Positions 1-13,179 of a DNA stretch of 64,000 nucleotides are shown in pieces. The stretch is from Eledone cirrhosa (lineage: Eukaryota). The stretch spans positions 367,226,001-367,290,000 of the forward strand of contig OZ024743.1 in assembly GCA_964016885.1 (NCBI GenBank). The letters are read 5' to 3'. The notes under the pieces were generated by a model. It had not been told where the DNA came from and did no database searches. It was given only the letters and a program-made list of their open reading frames with translations. Numbering within the stretch: position 1 is the first letter of the stretch; every line of letters begins with the position of its first letter. Made by a program: the position numbers and the translations under genes.

Positions 1-1611
1 CAAATGTTTTATCTTAGGAAGTTGTTTTACATGCATTACTAAAAATTAAAGTAAAGGTGGTATTTATTTGTAGATTGGTAATTTAAACAGGGAAGAACAA
101 TCTAATCTGGTGTGTTATCCAATTTGTGTATTTGTATATGGAATAAACAAAATGAAAATGATAAATACAGTGTAAAGCTAAATTCTAACTTTGCCACAAG
201 CAATAGTAAAATACCATTCCTACTCGTTTTTAACTGTCTAGCAGTGTAACAGGTAAAAATGTATTTTTATGACAAGTATTGAGTCTGGCAGAGAAGGGGA
301 TTGCTCAAAGCTCAATAATGTTTTATTGGGTCATAAAATTATAATTGGTAAGGTTGATGATTTTTTTGTGGAACTCAATAAGATGGCTGTTAGTGCAATG
401 TAGGAAATATGGAACAATATGGTATTCTAAGGGAAGTGGTACGTGCATGAAGGACATATGTGGTAATTGATGGTGTGTTTAAGAAAAATATAGCATAGGT
501 GATAAGAAAGGAGACAGTATGCTCAAGAAATAGAGTAGAAAGTGAGAGTTTAAGAGCAGAGTTCCTTATAGTTAGAGTAGTGATAATAAGTTAAGCATTA
601 AATATGTTTGGTTTATTGATCAGTTGAGGCTGTTATTCCCAGCAGCTTCAATAATTTAAACTTATCATGTTAGAATCAAAGGAAACTATATAATTAAAAA
701 GGTAACTATCTAATTAGAAATTGATGTTCATTCAGAGAAATGTTATAATTAAAATAGATTAAAAAGATTTAAATAGATAACGTATTACTAATTTTCAATT
801 TAAATATGTTCTCATTGGAAATAGTATATACTTAGTGGATAGCATTGTGATGGCTTCTTAATAATCAGTGGTTGTTTTTATTCAGTAACTATACTTGTAT
901 AAGGACTATTGTCTCTACTAAATATTTTCAGTATGTTTTTTAAAATATAATCCACAGAATTACAATTATCCTTAGGAGTTTTTTTACCCGACTAAGAAAC
1001 AAAACCAAGACTTTTCTGTAAGCTTACACATCAAAACTTTCTCAACTAATATAAGAAAACGTGACTGTAAATCACTCTAAGAAAATCTAATCTCTCTCTA
1101 ATTCACATACACATACATACAAAACACATAGACATTCACTTGCAAACGTTATTTTTCTCTAAAAACATTTTTTGTTTGATTCCACCCTGCCCGTCTCTTC
1201 AATCTTTCTAATTTCTCTGAAACGTTAAGACCCTCTGCCTGCTATTTCAAGTGTTAAATATATTCCTTCCATATACTGTACTGATTGTGTTGTTATTTCT
1301 GTTTACCTTTTACATACATATATATATATATATACAATAAACACACCCAGTATACACTGTAAAGTGGTTGGTGAAAAATAGGCATCCAGTCATAAAAAGA
1401 TTGCCAAACAAGGGGTTGGGAGGTCTTTTAGTTGTGTCAAAGACATGACAACCTGTCCTGTGCACTTGGTAGAATGTGAGACTGTACATAAATAAGATGC
1501 AGATCCATGGCCTGTCTGGGAGATCAGTAGTATCGCTTCACTACAGATTTGGTTTATGTAGACACATCCAACCCTTGCTAGAAGGGAAAGCAGATGTTAA
1601 AACAATGATAA

Positions 1612-2293
1612 TGTGACCCTCTCTATCATGCTATCTTCCCATCTCAAGTATCTCTTGAGATCATCTAAGATTATAACTTGAGGCAGCTTAAGCACGGCTT
1701 GTTACCATCTTGTCTCCAATCTGATTTGTTCTTTAGTGTCTTGTATACTTTTCTGATACTACACATCATCTATCCACTTCTCTGGAGATGTCACTTATTC
1801 TTTGTTTCATGGCTAAAAAAATGTTAGTATATTTTATTCTTATTAATTGGAGGCAGTCACACAGATTGGCATGTACTACAGATTGCTGTATTACTGTTTA
1901 AGTCACAAGGGACTTAGTATCTCCTTCTCTTTATACACACACACATTTATATATGTGTATATATAGTGATAATTTATGTGTTATGGGACTTTGTAGGATA
2001 GCAAAACATACTTTGGAATTTCAATCTGACAATATGGTTCACAGATGCTATACATTCCAGCTGATAAGAATAAAATATACTAACATTCTTTTAGCCATGA
2101 AACAAAGAATGAGTGGCATCCCCAGAGAAGTGGATAGATGATGTGTAATATGAGCAAAGAATACAAGACATTAGAGAACAAATCAGATTGGAGACAAGAT
2201 GGTAACAAGCCATGCTTAAGCTGCTTCAAGCTATTCTTAGATGATCTCAAGAGATACTTGAGATGTGAAGATAGTATGATAGAGAGGGACACA
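1612..2293. repeat. Degenerate long inverted repeat (arms ~1612-1843 and ~2065-2293)
   Basis: atcttgtctccaatctgatttgttct (~1707) is the reverse complement of agaacaaatcagattggagacaagat (~2175); similarity continues over ~230 bp with scattered mismatches. Confidence 0.85.
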
Positions 2294-2723
2294 TAAGAAT
2301 ATTAAAGACAACTACTAATGAAGACAGAGAGAGTGAGAGTCAGAAAGCTGCAAGAGATAGAGCAACAACTAGAGTGAAGCAACTCAGATAAGCAACTAGA
2401 GTGTTAAATGATGCTGAAGAACCAAGAGAAAATAAAAATGCAATGAACAGACATATGCATGCCATTAAGTAAAATTACACAGTTGGGCTGTTAACCTTGC
2501 TCTGTGGAACAGTGACACAGACTGGTCTGCTGTAACTGAACTGCAATCTCTCACATGTGGAAGACTTAATGGTACTACTGGGTTGTCCATTGTCCTATGT
2601 GGAACAGCACACAATAAAATCTACTGTTGCTGATCTGTCAGCCCCAACATATAATCTGAATCTACTAAAGAAGGTCCTTAATGATCCTCACTGAGTAGCC
2701 ATATTGTTTGATTCCATTGTTTT

Positions 2724-2785
2724 TCCTGGTAAATCTGATGAGTTGGGTGTATGGTTACACCTATGAAACCAATGGTAATGCAGGA
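2724..2785 (+). ncRNA. Type I hammerhead ribozyme motif
   Basis: tcctg..at-CTGATGA-gt-tgggtgta(tggt)tacaccta-t-GAAA-cca(a)tgg-TA|at..cagga: complete core, 8-bp stem II, near-palindromic stem III, GUA cleavage triplet, interrupted stem I. Confidence 0.8.
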
Positions 2786-3560
2786 TTAAGTTAAACTGTT
2801 AACACACACATACACATGCATGCACACATACATACATACACACACACACGCATACATATACATACATATACATACATACATACACATTCATACTACTCTA
2901 TGTGTTATACTTATAATCATTACTTGAAATAAAATAATATTTATCATGAGAAACTATATTACCATAAAAGAAAAATGACAAAACCACTGATACTGATTTG
3001 ATGACTGACTATGCACACACATCCCCCCACACCCACACTGTCACAGTATATTCCACATGAACTTCCACACACATTCATATAAATGTTCACATACATCAAA
3101 TTCTATGCAATCATACCCCCTTACACACACACACATCACCTTCCACATACATCCATACCAAATTCGACACACAAAGTAATACAAACCTTCAAACACAACC
3201 ATACAAACTTCCACTCATATCTGTATCAACTTCCACATACATTCCCAGCAATTTCCACATCCAATCAAAGACTTCTACACAAATATATTCCAACTTTATA
3301 ATTCCTATACAAATATTCTCTGAACAGCTGACTTCTGCAATAAATCACCAACAAGAGAAATCTGACATCAAAGCAATAGAAATAACTTAACATAGACATC
3401 TCCCCAAGAAACAGCTCTTGAAATAATTGTTAATAACATTCTTTGAAAACAAATATTTGAAAATAAATTTATCTGCTCTTAATTCTTTTATTTCTTTATT
3501 AGAATTTCTTATATAATACATATATAATACATATATAATACATATAATTCCATATATATA

Positions 3561-3679
3561 TTGGATAAAGACCCCCTTCGGTCATGAAGGATCATGGGAT
3601 TTGCACCTAGAAAGTTCCCCTCTGAAGCACAAGTCCAGGCAAAGAATTTTTGTGGAGACCAGCTGTTGCCCATGCATAC
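3561..3679 (-). mobile_element. 3' tail fragment of the SINE type seen at 22861-23183
   Basis: Reverse complement matches aactttctaggtgcaaatcccatg..ttcatga at 23150-23183. Confidence 0.7.
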
Positions 3680-5110
3680 GGGGGAAATGGCTTTGCTCAG
3701 TGTGTAGGAAAGGTGTAGGTAAAAATTCCATCTTCTATCCCAAATTCAAACTATGGGGGTACACAGGAGATATAGTGGGATCTCAAATAGTTTAGCAAAG
3801 AACATAGGTTTTACATGTGGCCATTACACAGGAGCACTAAGCAGCAAAGGACCACAGGAAACAAGCGCTATCAAATTCTGGATAGGTTCTGTAGAAGCAG
3901 TAGACAGCTTCTGCTACCTGGGTGGCCAAATATAGAGATAGAAAGTTTAAAAGCTAAAGGATCTTTCTGTTTAATATAGGTTTATAAAGGCCCTATGAGA
4001 TGCATTTGATAAAAGGAAAAATTAGAAATAGTTACTGAGATGCTGAAATATCAGATGAAGTAGGAGCAGAACTAGTAACCCACATAGTCAATCAGGTAAT
4101 ACAGGACAGAGTCATACCCAATGACTGGCACAATAGTACAATCATAAATTGCTACAAGGATAAAGGTGAGGCTCTTGAAAGGAGCAACTATAGCGGAATA
4201 AACCTAATGGACCTACTACAGATGCCCTCTTCTTAGTGAGGAAACTACAAGAGAAGTTCCTAGCCAAGAATAAGCTTTTGTTGATCTAGAACAGGCCTTA
4301 AATAGAGTATCTTGTTCTGTTATCTGGTGGTCCTTAAGAAATTTGGGTGTAGAAGAATGGCATGTTAGAGCCATGCAAGCCATGTACAGAGGGGCTGCCA
4401 ATAAAGTGGGAATAAGAAGTGAGTTTAGTGAGGAATTAAAAGTGCAGGTTCCTACCTGGGTTCAATTCTCAGTCCACTGCTGTTCATTATAGTTCCCCAG
4501 GCTATAACAGAGGAATTTAAAACTGGCTATCTAAGGGAACTTCTCTATGCAGATGTTTTGGTCCTTATAGCTGAATCTATAAAATGGCTGAGAGTAAACT
4601 TAGCCAAAACTAAAGTGTTAGTAGGTAGGAAAGAAGATAGGACCCTGATTTCCTTCAGGGAAGTGGTCCTGCTTAATATGTAGAAAAGGAGTGGGTATAA
4701 ACTCTATACCATGTACACAATGTACATCTTGGGTACACAAGAGATGTGGGATAACAGGCAGACAAACAGGAAGGGAAGACTTTGTATGTAGAAGATGCAT
4801 AGGGATAATCAATGGGAAGAGTGTCAGAGATATAAATCTTTTCCAATAACATGAAGGATTCATAGATGTGATTAATAGCTTCTGCTACATAGGTGACCTA
4901 ATTAGCAGTGGAAAAAGGTGTTCTGAGAACATAATAGATAGTATAAGGATAGGATGGAAGAAGTGTAGAGAGCTACTTCCATTGTTGACAACGAAATCCT
5001 TTTCCATATGTACAAAAGGATAGTTGTAAGATGTAGAGAGATGCTGTGCTGAAAAGGACCCACCCAACCCATGCAAGTATAGAAAAATGGATGTGAAAAC
5101 GATGATTATG
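3680..5110 (+). mobile_element. Degraded RTE-clade LINE fragments (at least two pieces)
   Basis: Frameshifted GKWLCSVCRKGVG and VDSFCYLG matches plus RT-region similarity to 52965-55037; degenerate 3' tail near 5060-5110. Confidence 0.85.
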
Positions 5111-5659
5111 ATCATTGTTCCCCAGACTACTTTATATTATCAGTTCTAACACTGCCCACCAGGTTTGTGGTTACAACACTATGCCTGACTAATTGCTTAA
5201 ATGTTATCTTACATTTGGGCTTTAACAATGCCTTGAATTAGTGGCTCCATGACTTATTCTAAGATTAGTAATTGTAAAACTATTTAAAATTAATGACTAT
5301 AACATTACATTCTGTTTCTCCCACATTATATTAAATCAGTGGATTAAGCACTAATCCAGTTTAATAACTCTAATGATTTCCTAGATTACTTGCTCTAACT
5401 CTACTGCAAATTAAAGGCTCTAACATTATCTTAAGATTAGTGGCATCAATATAGCTCCAACACTACCCCAAATTACATTTTCTAGGTGATAGAATCTTCC
5501 CCACTATCTTCGATTAAATATATAGTGTAACATTTTCCAACCCTGTATTTCTTTTGCACAATTTGTTTCATTAATTTTAATTAACTACTTGGAAGTCTTC
5601 CATTTTAAAATGGAATGAATGATAATTATTCCCCAACAGTTAACTTCTCAGTATGGCTA

Positions 5660-5661
<2 letters not shown>

Positions 5662-5718
<57 letters not shown>
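5662..5718. repeat. (TG)n microsatellite
   Basis: Direct reading. Confidence 0.98.
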
Positions 5719-5721
<3 letters not shown>

Positions 5722-6120
5722 CACGCGCGCACGTGCGTGTGTGTGCGTGCATGTGTGTACATGCTGGCATAGCTGTGTTCACATGGCAACTATAAAGTTC
5801 TAGGTTTGGTTCCAGTTTGGATAAATGTCTTCTAACATAGCCTTAAATCAATAAATGCCTTATGAGAAAAATTTGGTAGATGCAAACTGTGCAGAAGCCC
5901 ATCATACATATATATATTTAAATGCACATTGGATTGAAGAATTGGAGTGTTCAACAAACATATCCAATGGTATCAAGTTCCATGTCAGTTGTTTTCTCTT
6001 ATGCCTGGTCAACTTTGCCACACAAATGTAGGGGCAACAACAAACCTTCAAAATGTGGTGTCTTAGCTTGGCTGAAGTTCAATGATTGAAGCCAACAAAG
6101 GAATGCAAGAATATATATCT

Positions 6121-6158
6121 ATTTTCTGATGAAGGACTAGCATCTGAAACGTTAAGAC
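6121..6158 (+). ncRNA. Minimal hammerhead motif (degenerate) in short element ~6110-6250
   Basis: tttt-CTGATGA-agga(ctagca)tct-GAAA-cg-tt-aaga; same context as 21301 and as the core-deleted copy at ~1217 (ctgaaacgttaagac). Confidence 0.55.
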
Positions 6159-6257
6159 TCTTTTCTTACTATATCAAGCATAACACTAATAATATATCTT
6201 TTCATTATACTGTGTTGTTTGCTTTAATATTTCTGTTTGCCTTTTGCATATATATTA

Positions 6258-7673
6258 TTTATTATCGCCCTCCAGGCTATAACAGTGGAGTTCAAGACCG
6301 GCTGCCCATGGGAACTCCTATACACAGATGATCTAACGCTCATAGCTGAATCAATGGCCGAGCTAGAGAAGAAACTCCAAACATGGAAGCACGGCCTCGA
6401 ATCAAAAGGCCTTAAAATTAACCTGGCTAAGACTAAAGTTCTAGTTTGTAAGAAAGAAAATAAGGCGGCGGTCCCCTCTGGGAAGTGGCCATGCGCAGAG
6501 TGTAGGAAAGGCGTAGGTAGAAATTCCATTTTGTGTCCCAAATGCAAAGTTTGGGTGCATAAAAGATGTAGTGGGATCACAGGTAAGCTAACTAAGAACA
6601 TAGATTTTACATGTGGCCGGTGTTCTGGGGCAATAAGTAGCAGCAAGTGCCCACAAAATACTAGCTCTTTCAACTGCGCAGAGGGTTCTATAGAAATAGT
6701 GGACAGCTTCCGTTACCTGGGTGACAAAATCAGCAGTGGGGGAGGGTGCTCTGAAAGTACAGTAGCTAGAGTCAGAACTGGGTGGAAAAAGTTCAGAGAG
6801 CTTATACCACTATTAGCTGCTAAAGGGTTCTCCCTAAAAATGAAAGGCAGGTTGTACGATGCCTGCATACGAACAGCAATGTTGCATGGCAGTGAGACCT
6901 GGGCATTGTGTGCAGAGGATATACGCAGACTAGAGAGAAACGAAGCTTGCATGCTCCGCTGGATGTGTAATAGTAATATACGTGAACGACAAAGCATAAA
7001 CGAACTAAGGAAAAAATTAGAAATAAGAGGGATCAGATGTTGTTTACTAGAGAGAAGGCTACGTTGGTATGGTCACGTGATGCGCATGAAGGACGATAGC
7101 TGTATAACAAAGTGCAGGGCAATAAAGATAGACGGTAGCCACGGAATAGGCAGACCCAGAAAAACCTGGGACGAGCTGATAAACTCCGACCTCACACATT
7201 TACACCTCACCAAGACAATGTCACTGGACCGAGACCTTTGGCGGTACTCAGTAATAGAGAAGACCCGCCTTACCTAAATACAAAGTAAAACCTACTACAG
7301 TCAGTAGGCATCTCTAACAAAATACACCCCCGTCCCCCCACCCCCACCCCATCCACACCGCCCCCTTCTATGTAAAGTTATGTTGGTGCCACACCATCCA
7401 GGCCGAAACAAATGAGATCGTGTAGGTGTCACGACAAAAAAACACACAGTCCATGCTGTAATGTGGCCGTGTAGGCAACACGGTAAAAACCTCCCAGCCC
7501 CACACTGTAAATGTGGTTGGTGTTAGGAAGGGCATCCAACTGTAGAAAACCTGCCAGACAGTCCTATGCGAGCAAGACAATCACTCTTGCCTCAAGTGGG
7601 AAAACCCCCGTCCAAACCCATGCAAGCGTGGAACATGGACGTTAAACGTTGATGATGATGATGATGATGATGA
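6258..7673 (+). mobile_element. 5'-truncated RTE-clade LINE with open 3' ORF part (to 7277), 3' UTR and (TGA)n tail
   Basis: ORF 6237-7277 shows ELLYTDDL (YADD), a Cys/His finger, F.YLG, LHGSETW, RRLRWYGHV.R and GRPRKTW; ends in ggacgttaaac..(gat)n. Confidence 0.95.
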
Positions 7674-8019
7674 TATGAGCAAGACCTGGTCACCTGACTT
7701 GTCAAGCCTCTGTATGATATCTGTCTAATCCATGCAAGCATGGTAAATAGATGTTAAATGGTGATGGTGATCACAATTCCTATTTCACACTGTGGGCTGA
7801 GTATCCATCAGCAAAAGCAATTGCTTCAACAAATATCATACCTTCACATGGTAGTATGAATACCGGGATGGAAGATGGCAGGGATATTACATTTTTTTGT
7901 AAATTATTTTGTGGCATTGTGTGCTGTTGATGGAAGAGAAAGTGAATAAATACTAGAGTAACTTATGATGGTTATTTCAAATGACTTGATATGAGGGATT
8001 CTGATACAGCTAGATTTAA

Positions 8020-9543
8020 TTATAATAGGGATGGTATGGAGAGAATACTTTGCTGATCTCCTAAACCCGATTACAACAGTATCTTCTGATGCACATGAGG
8101 TACATCTGGGAGCAATGACTAATCTCTCAGAGGCTGAGGTCACAAGAGCAGTTAAATAGCTCAAATGTGGCAAGGCAGCTGGGGAAGATCAAACCCGGCA
8201 CAAGATGTTAAAAGCCTTAAATAGAGGTGTTCTCTGGTTGAATTGTGTGTGCCGGGTGGCCTGGATCTCTGGGATGGCACCTAAGCAATGGCAATTGGGA
8301 GTGATAATCCCAATTTTCAAAAAGGGAGACAAAAGAGATTGTTCCAATTACAGAGGGATCTCCTTGTTAAGCCTCCCTGGTAAAGTCTATGCTAAGTGTC
8401 TGGCAAAGTGATGCATAGAGATTGTTGAGTCTAAGCTAGCTGATGAACAGTGTGGGTTTCGCCCCAGATGCAGCACAGCTGACCAAATATTCACACTGCA
8501 GCAGGTCTACGGTTTTGTTGACCTTGAAAAGACATATGACTGCATTCCTCAGGACCTGCTGTGGAAGGTTCTGTAGGAGTATGGGACTTATGGTCAGCTC
8601 CTTGCTGCTCTGATGTCTCTATACGAATGCCCAAGTATTTGTGTTCAGATAAATGGTGCTAAATAAAACCATTCAATGTGGGAGTCGGACTCCCCCAAGG
8701 ATGCATAATGTCACCTCTCCTGCTCATTATTTTCATGAACAGGATTGACATATGCAGCTGGGTTGGAAATGGTATCAGTCAGCTAGAATTTGCAGACAAC
8801 AAGGTGTTACTTAACTCGACAGAAGGTGATCTCCGATTTGCACTCAATAGGTTTGATGCTGAGTGCTGCACGGCTGAAATAAAAATCAGTGCTGTGAAAA
8901 CTGAGACACTCATCCTTTCAAGGAAGCCTGCACAGTGCACTCTACATGTAAATGGAATTCCACTGAAGCAGGTAGAGAAGTTCAAGTATCTTGGGGCTGT
9001 GTTCATGAGTGATGTAAGGTAGGAGGCTGAATTAAGTGCAAGAATTGTAGGAGCTGGTGCAGTAATGTGTCAGCTTCAGCATTCAGTAATCAGAAGAAGG
9101 GAGGAGGACATAAAAGCCAAACTTGCTGTTTTCAGTTCGGTATTCATGTCACGAATCTGGGGTAATGACTGAAAGAATATGATCGCGAATACAAGCAGCT
9201 CAAAAGGGGTTCCTCTGAAAGGTCTTTGGTGTAATGTTACTCAATAGAGTTCATAGCTCAAAGATCAGAGAGTCACTCAAGGTATAGCCGCTAATTCTCC
9301 AAATTGAGATATCACAGCTCTGATACTATGGGTATGTGGTTAGAATGCCACAGGAAAAAAATTGCTAGGCAGATTTTATGGACAAAACCAACCAGCAGGA
9401 GACCCAGGGGTAGATCCTGAGCAAGATGGTTGGATAACATCCATGAGCTTAGGGATCCAGCCGAATCAGTTGGAGACCGATACTTCTGACAGGACCTTCC
9501 CCCACAACCCTCTCAGGAATAGGTGGAAGAAGAAGAAGAAGAA

Positions 9544-9575
<32 letters not shown>

Positions 9576-9578
9576 AGA
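8020..9578 (+). mobile_element. Degraded Rex3/Expander-like RTE LINE ending in (GAA)n
   Basis: MLKAL..WL..VAW.SG..P..WQ.GVIIPIFKKGDKRDCSNYRGISLLSLPGKVYAK, VGLPQGC.MSPLL, FADN, QVEKFKYLG; many stops; no Cys finger. Confidence 0.9.
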
Positions 9579-9609
9579 TAATGAGAATAATTGCTCTAAT
9601 AACTCTGCA

Positions 9610-9758
9610 TTTTGCCATCTACTTATTTTGTAGATCCTGGAAAGATGAAAGGCAAAATTGATGTTGAGCAGGATTGAACCTAAAACATAAACGGATATAA
9701 ACAAATACTTATATAGTAACTTGTCCAATGCTCTACTTATTGTGCCACCCATTGCCAT
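9610..9758 (-). mobile_element. Degenerate tRNA-derived SINE (family of 25035)
   Basis: tacttattttgtagatcctggaaagatgaaaggcaaa resembles 25087-25123. Confidence 0.55.
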
Positions 9759-9949
9759 AGTTACAGTAATGATGACACTTAAAAAGAAAACTATGTATTA
9801 TTGATATAGGAAAACTTATAAGTCAATTGAAGACTTAATGTAGATTACTTCTCTATCACTAATACTCTAATTTATATGAGTGGAAATTTGCATGAAGCTT
9901 AGTCTTAGTTTGATTTATAGCAGCAACTGGTATTAATATTTATTGATTT

Positions 9950-9952
<3 letters not shown>

Positions 9953-10037
<85 letters not shown>

Positions 10038-10060
10038 CACACATATATATATATACATAA
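9953..10060. repeat. (TA)n microsatellite
   Basis: Direct reading. Confidence 0.98.
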
Positions 10061-11119
10061 ATCTAAAAAATAATTGTAGAATGATAAATGAAGTCGCTTA
10101 CAAAGTATGACACCACATTATTAAAGAAACATTAAGAAAAAATAAAAAATCAGCTAATGTAAACATTCTACCTGTTTCTGTATTTTAAAGCAGTTATATT
10201 CACATTAACACACAGACAAGAGCAAATCAAAAATGTGTGATTGATTTTGAGTAAATGGTGATAGTGATAAGTTTGATCAAAGGTGTATTTTGGTTGCTCT
10301 TTATGGTGATAATGAAGTATGTTCATTCTAATTTAGTTAATCTTTATGTCACCAATCTTATGAATCAGATTGCATTGGTTATTTTTCACAAACTTTTCTT
10401 ACTGATAACTTGATTTGCTATGGAAATCTTCCTCTTCTTCATGATTCTGTTGATTTTATGAGTAATTTAGATTAAAAGATAGAAAAAAAAGTCAATAAAT
10501 TATAAAACCTATGGAAAACTGACAAGTAATTATATAATATAATTCCAGTCCATATGAAGTGTAATCTTGAGCATTCCTTGATGTGATCGCCCAGTTTATA
10601 TGATTATAGTACTTCACTGTTCAGAATTAGAATTACATGAAAGTCTTGTTTGAACTATTAATGTATTTTAAAACTGATAGCAAGTAACATTATATAAAGT
10701 TTTATAAACAAAGGAATGTGCACAGTACATACATGTATGTACACATAGATACATATGCATACATGTTCACAAACACACACTGGTTATGTTTCATATGACA
10801 TTGTTCCCATACATATCAGTGTATCAAAGAATATTTCCATGTTTACAACATTAAATTCTTATAAAACGAAACTTCCATGATTGGAAAAGGCTTTGGGCTG
10901 TATCTCTCCCTTTGAGTTTCCTTCTAGTGTATAACTATATTTAGTTTCGATATTCTGAATTTTCATGCTGAGTCAATGCATTAGTAATTTTTCAATGATA
11001 TGATTATTGTTGAAATTGTCCTACCATTTAATAAATACCAATAAAAATGAGAATAAAAAGGCAAATAAATAAATATATCGAAATAAATAAAAGTGTGTAT
11101 GATAAAATGAACAAAGTAC

Positions 11120-11195
11120 CGTGTAATGCCCCAGGTTGTGCGCTTGTCACCATCGTGCAATTGGTCTGGCCGTTTAACAGTCACTGCAGACAAAC
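11120..11195 (-). CDS. Candidate 76-bp coding exon of an unidentified host gene
   Basis: GC/CpG-richer non-repetitive island bounded on the minus strand by ..aacaacAG and CG|GTactt; one open frame, (G)LSAVTVKRPDQLHDGDKRTTWGITR. Confidence 0.35.
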
Positions 11196-11893
11196 CTGTT
11201 GTTAGGGTGCAAGTAAACAGTTATTGACAATGAATGTTGCTGGCAAAAACATAGGAAAAGCACACAAGTAGTAAAAACAAATAGAAACTTGCCTTGGTTA
11301 TTTAGTATTAAGGAGAAACAAACGAAAATTGATTACTTGTTTTAAATAATAATAAGGAGTGAGAAAAAAGAAAATGCATAAAATAAAAATGATTCATTAT
11401 TTCTCATTCAATTGTATAAATCTAAAAAGCATAAATAATTTAATGTGTGTTGCAAAGTGTTTATTTTCTTTCTTAATGTTTAAGTAAAATTTTGAAATAA
11501 ATCTCCAAATACTTTTCTAGGCAATATATTCTATTGATATTAATGGCCCAGTGGAGGGAAAGAACAAAGGGTGGAACTATCTGTGATGAAGAAAAATTTT
11601 CTTGCATCGTTTAACATTACAATGGTGAGAAATAGTACCAAGAGAGATTTAAATATCCTACTTAAATCTGAGTCTTATGTCTCAGTATATTTGAGAATCA
11701 TGCTCCAACTATTTCAGTAAACAGAAGATAATAGAATTGATTGTTTGTTTAGTTATATTTTTTAGGGGAAGGATGTGTGGTGGGGTGGGGGAAAGCTGAG
11801 GGAGCAAATTGATACTTTGTATTTTTAAATAAGCAAAAAATATAATAAAATACAATAGTAGATATCTCTTTGTGAAAGTGAAATTGACAAAAT

Positions 11894-11930
11894 TTATATA
11901 TATATATATATAAATTTGTATATATAAATT

Positions 11931-11970
<40 letters not shown>

Positions 11971-12117
11971 CATACAGATATATATATACATGCATATATA
12001 TATCTGTGTATATATATATATATATGTATGTATATACATATATATATGTATATACATATATATAACATATATATAACATATATATATATGTATATATGCC
12101 TGTGTATATGTAAATGT

Positions 12118-12152
<35 letters not shown>

Positions 12153-12183
12153 CATGTACATATACATGTTCATATATGTACAC
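11894..12183. repeat. Compound TA/TG/CA microsatellite
   Basis: Direct reading; explains the YI/CV pseudo-ORFs. Confidence 0.95.
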
Positions 12184-12340
12184 AACTTAATACATTTTAT
12201 AAGAAGTCTTTTGATTTTATGAAAAATTACTGGAAATATTTTTACAGCTTACTAAAAATATAAACTATCAATTTTCTAAAAGAAAATCAAAATAGAATAT
12301 TTATCAGTTTTTATTATGATGTTAAGTTGTATATATATAT

Positions 12341-12384
<44 letters not shown>

Positions 12385-12436
12385 TTTACGTCCGCTATAT
12401 ATATATATACATATATATATGTGTGTGTGAATGTCT

Positions 12437-12717
12437 GCATTTTTTCCCGCTCAGAGTTGCTGAAGCATGGAACAAACTGCCTGCGTCAGTTGTTAGCTGC
12501 CGAGACACTGCATCCTTTAAAACACTCATGCTTCCCGAAATTTGCCAAAACTACACCTGATGTACCCCTTCCATACACATGCACACACGTGTATATCATG
12601 ACTCATGCACTGTTCATTTTCCTGACGTTTGTACATTACCCTATGTACTATACATACACTTTTTGATGAGTTGTAGTGCACCTGAGCACTGTACACAATA
12701 TTTCATTATTATTATTA
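12437..12717 (+). mobile_element. CR1 LINE 3'-end fragment related to the 26948-31900 element
   Basis: Encodes HFFPLRVAEAWNKLPASVVSCRDTASFKTLMLPEICQNYT; ends gagttgtagtgcacctgagcactgtacacaa..(att)n. Confidence 0.92.
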
Positions 12718-12731
12718 TGTACATACATACA

Positions 12732-12764
<33 letters not shown>

Positions 12765-13179
12765 GTGTGTTTGTGAATCTGTGTGTGTTTATGTATACAG
12801 TGAAAGTAATGATGAAATGATTAAGTGGTAAGTTATTTGAGCATCACATCATGGAGTGGCAGTTGTAACCCATCTTCAGGCATTTTTCTATCACCAAGTA
12901 CATCAATTCTCTAAGCTGTTGTGAATATACAAGAGTATTTGTAGTCTATGCAGTCAATCAGTTAATTGTAGATGTTTAGAGATTCACACACATTTATATA
13001 ATAATCAAAGCATACAATATCAGCTACTTTATAAATCCATCAAATTATTGATATCAACATACCTACCAATATCACCTAGCCCTTTAATATACCAAAGTAA
13101 TAGCTTTGTTTCAACTAGTAATAACCATGTCATACTCATCTCTGTCATATCTGTTGTTTTCATACTTGTCATTGTCATA

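Noticed and set aside
11709-12222. ORFs rich in YI/CV/HT (also 15550-15978, 22540-22963, 57274-57648, 63086-63406)
   Set aside because: Stop-free translations of microsatellites.
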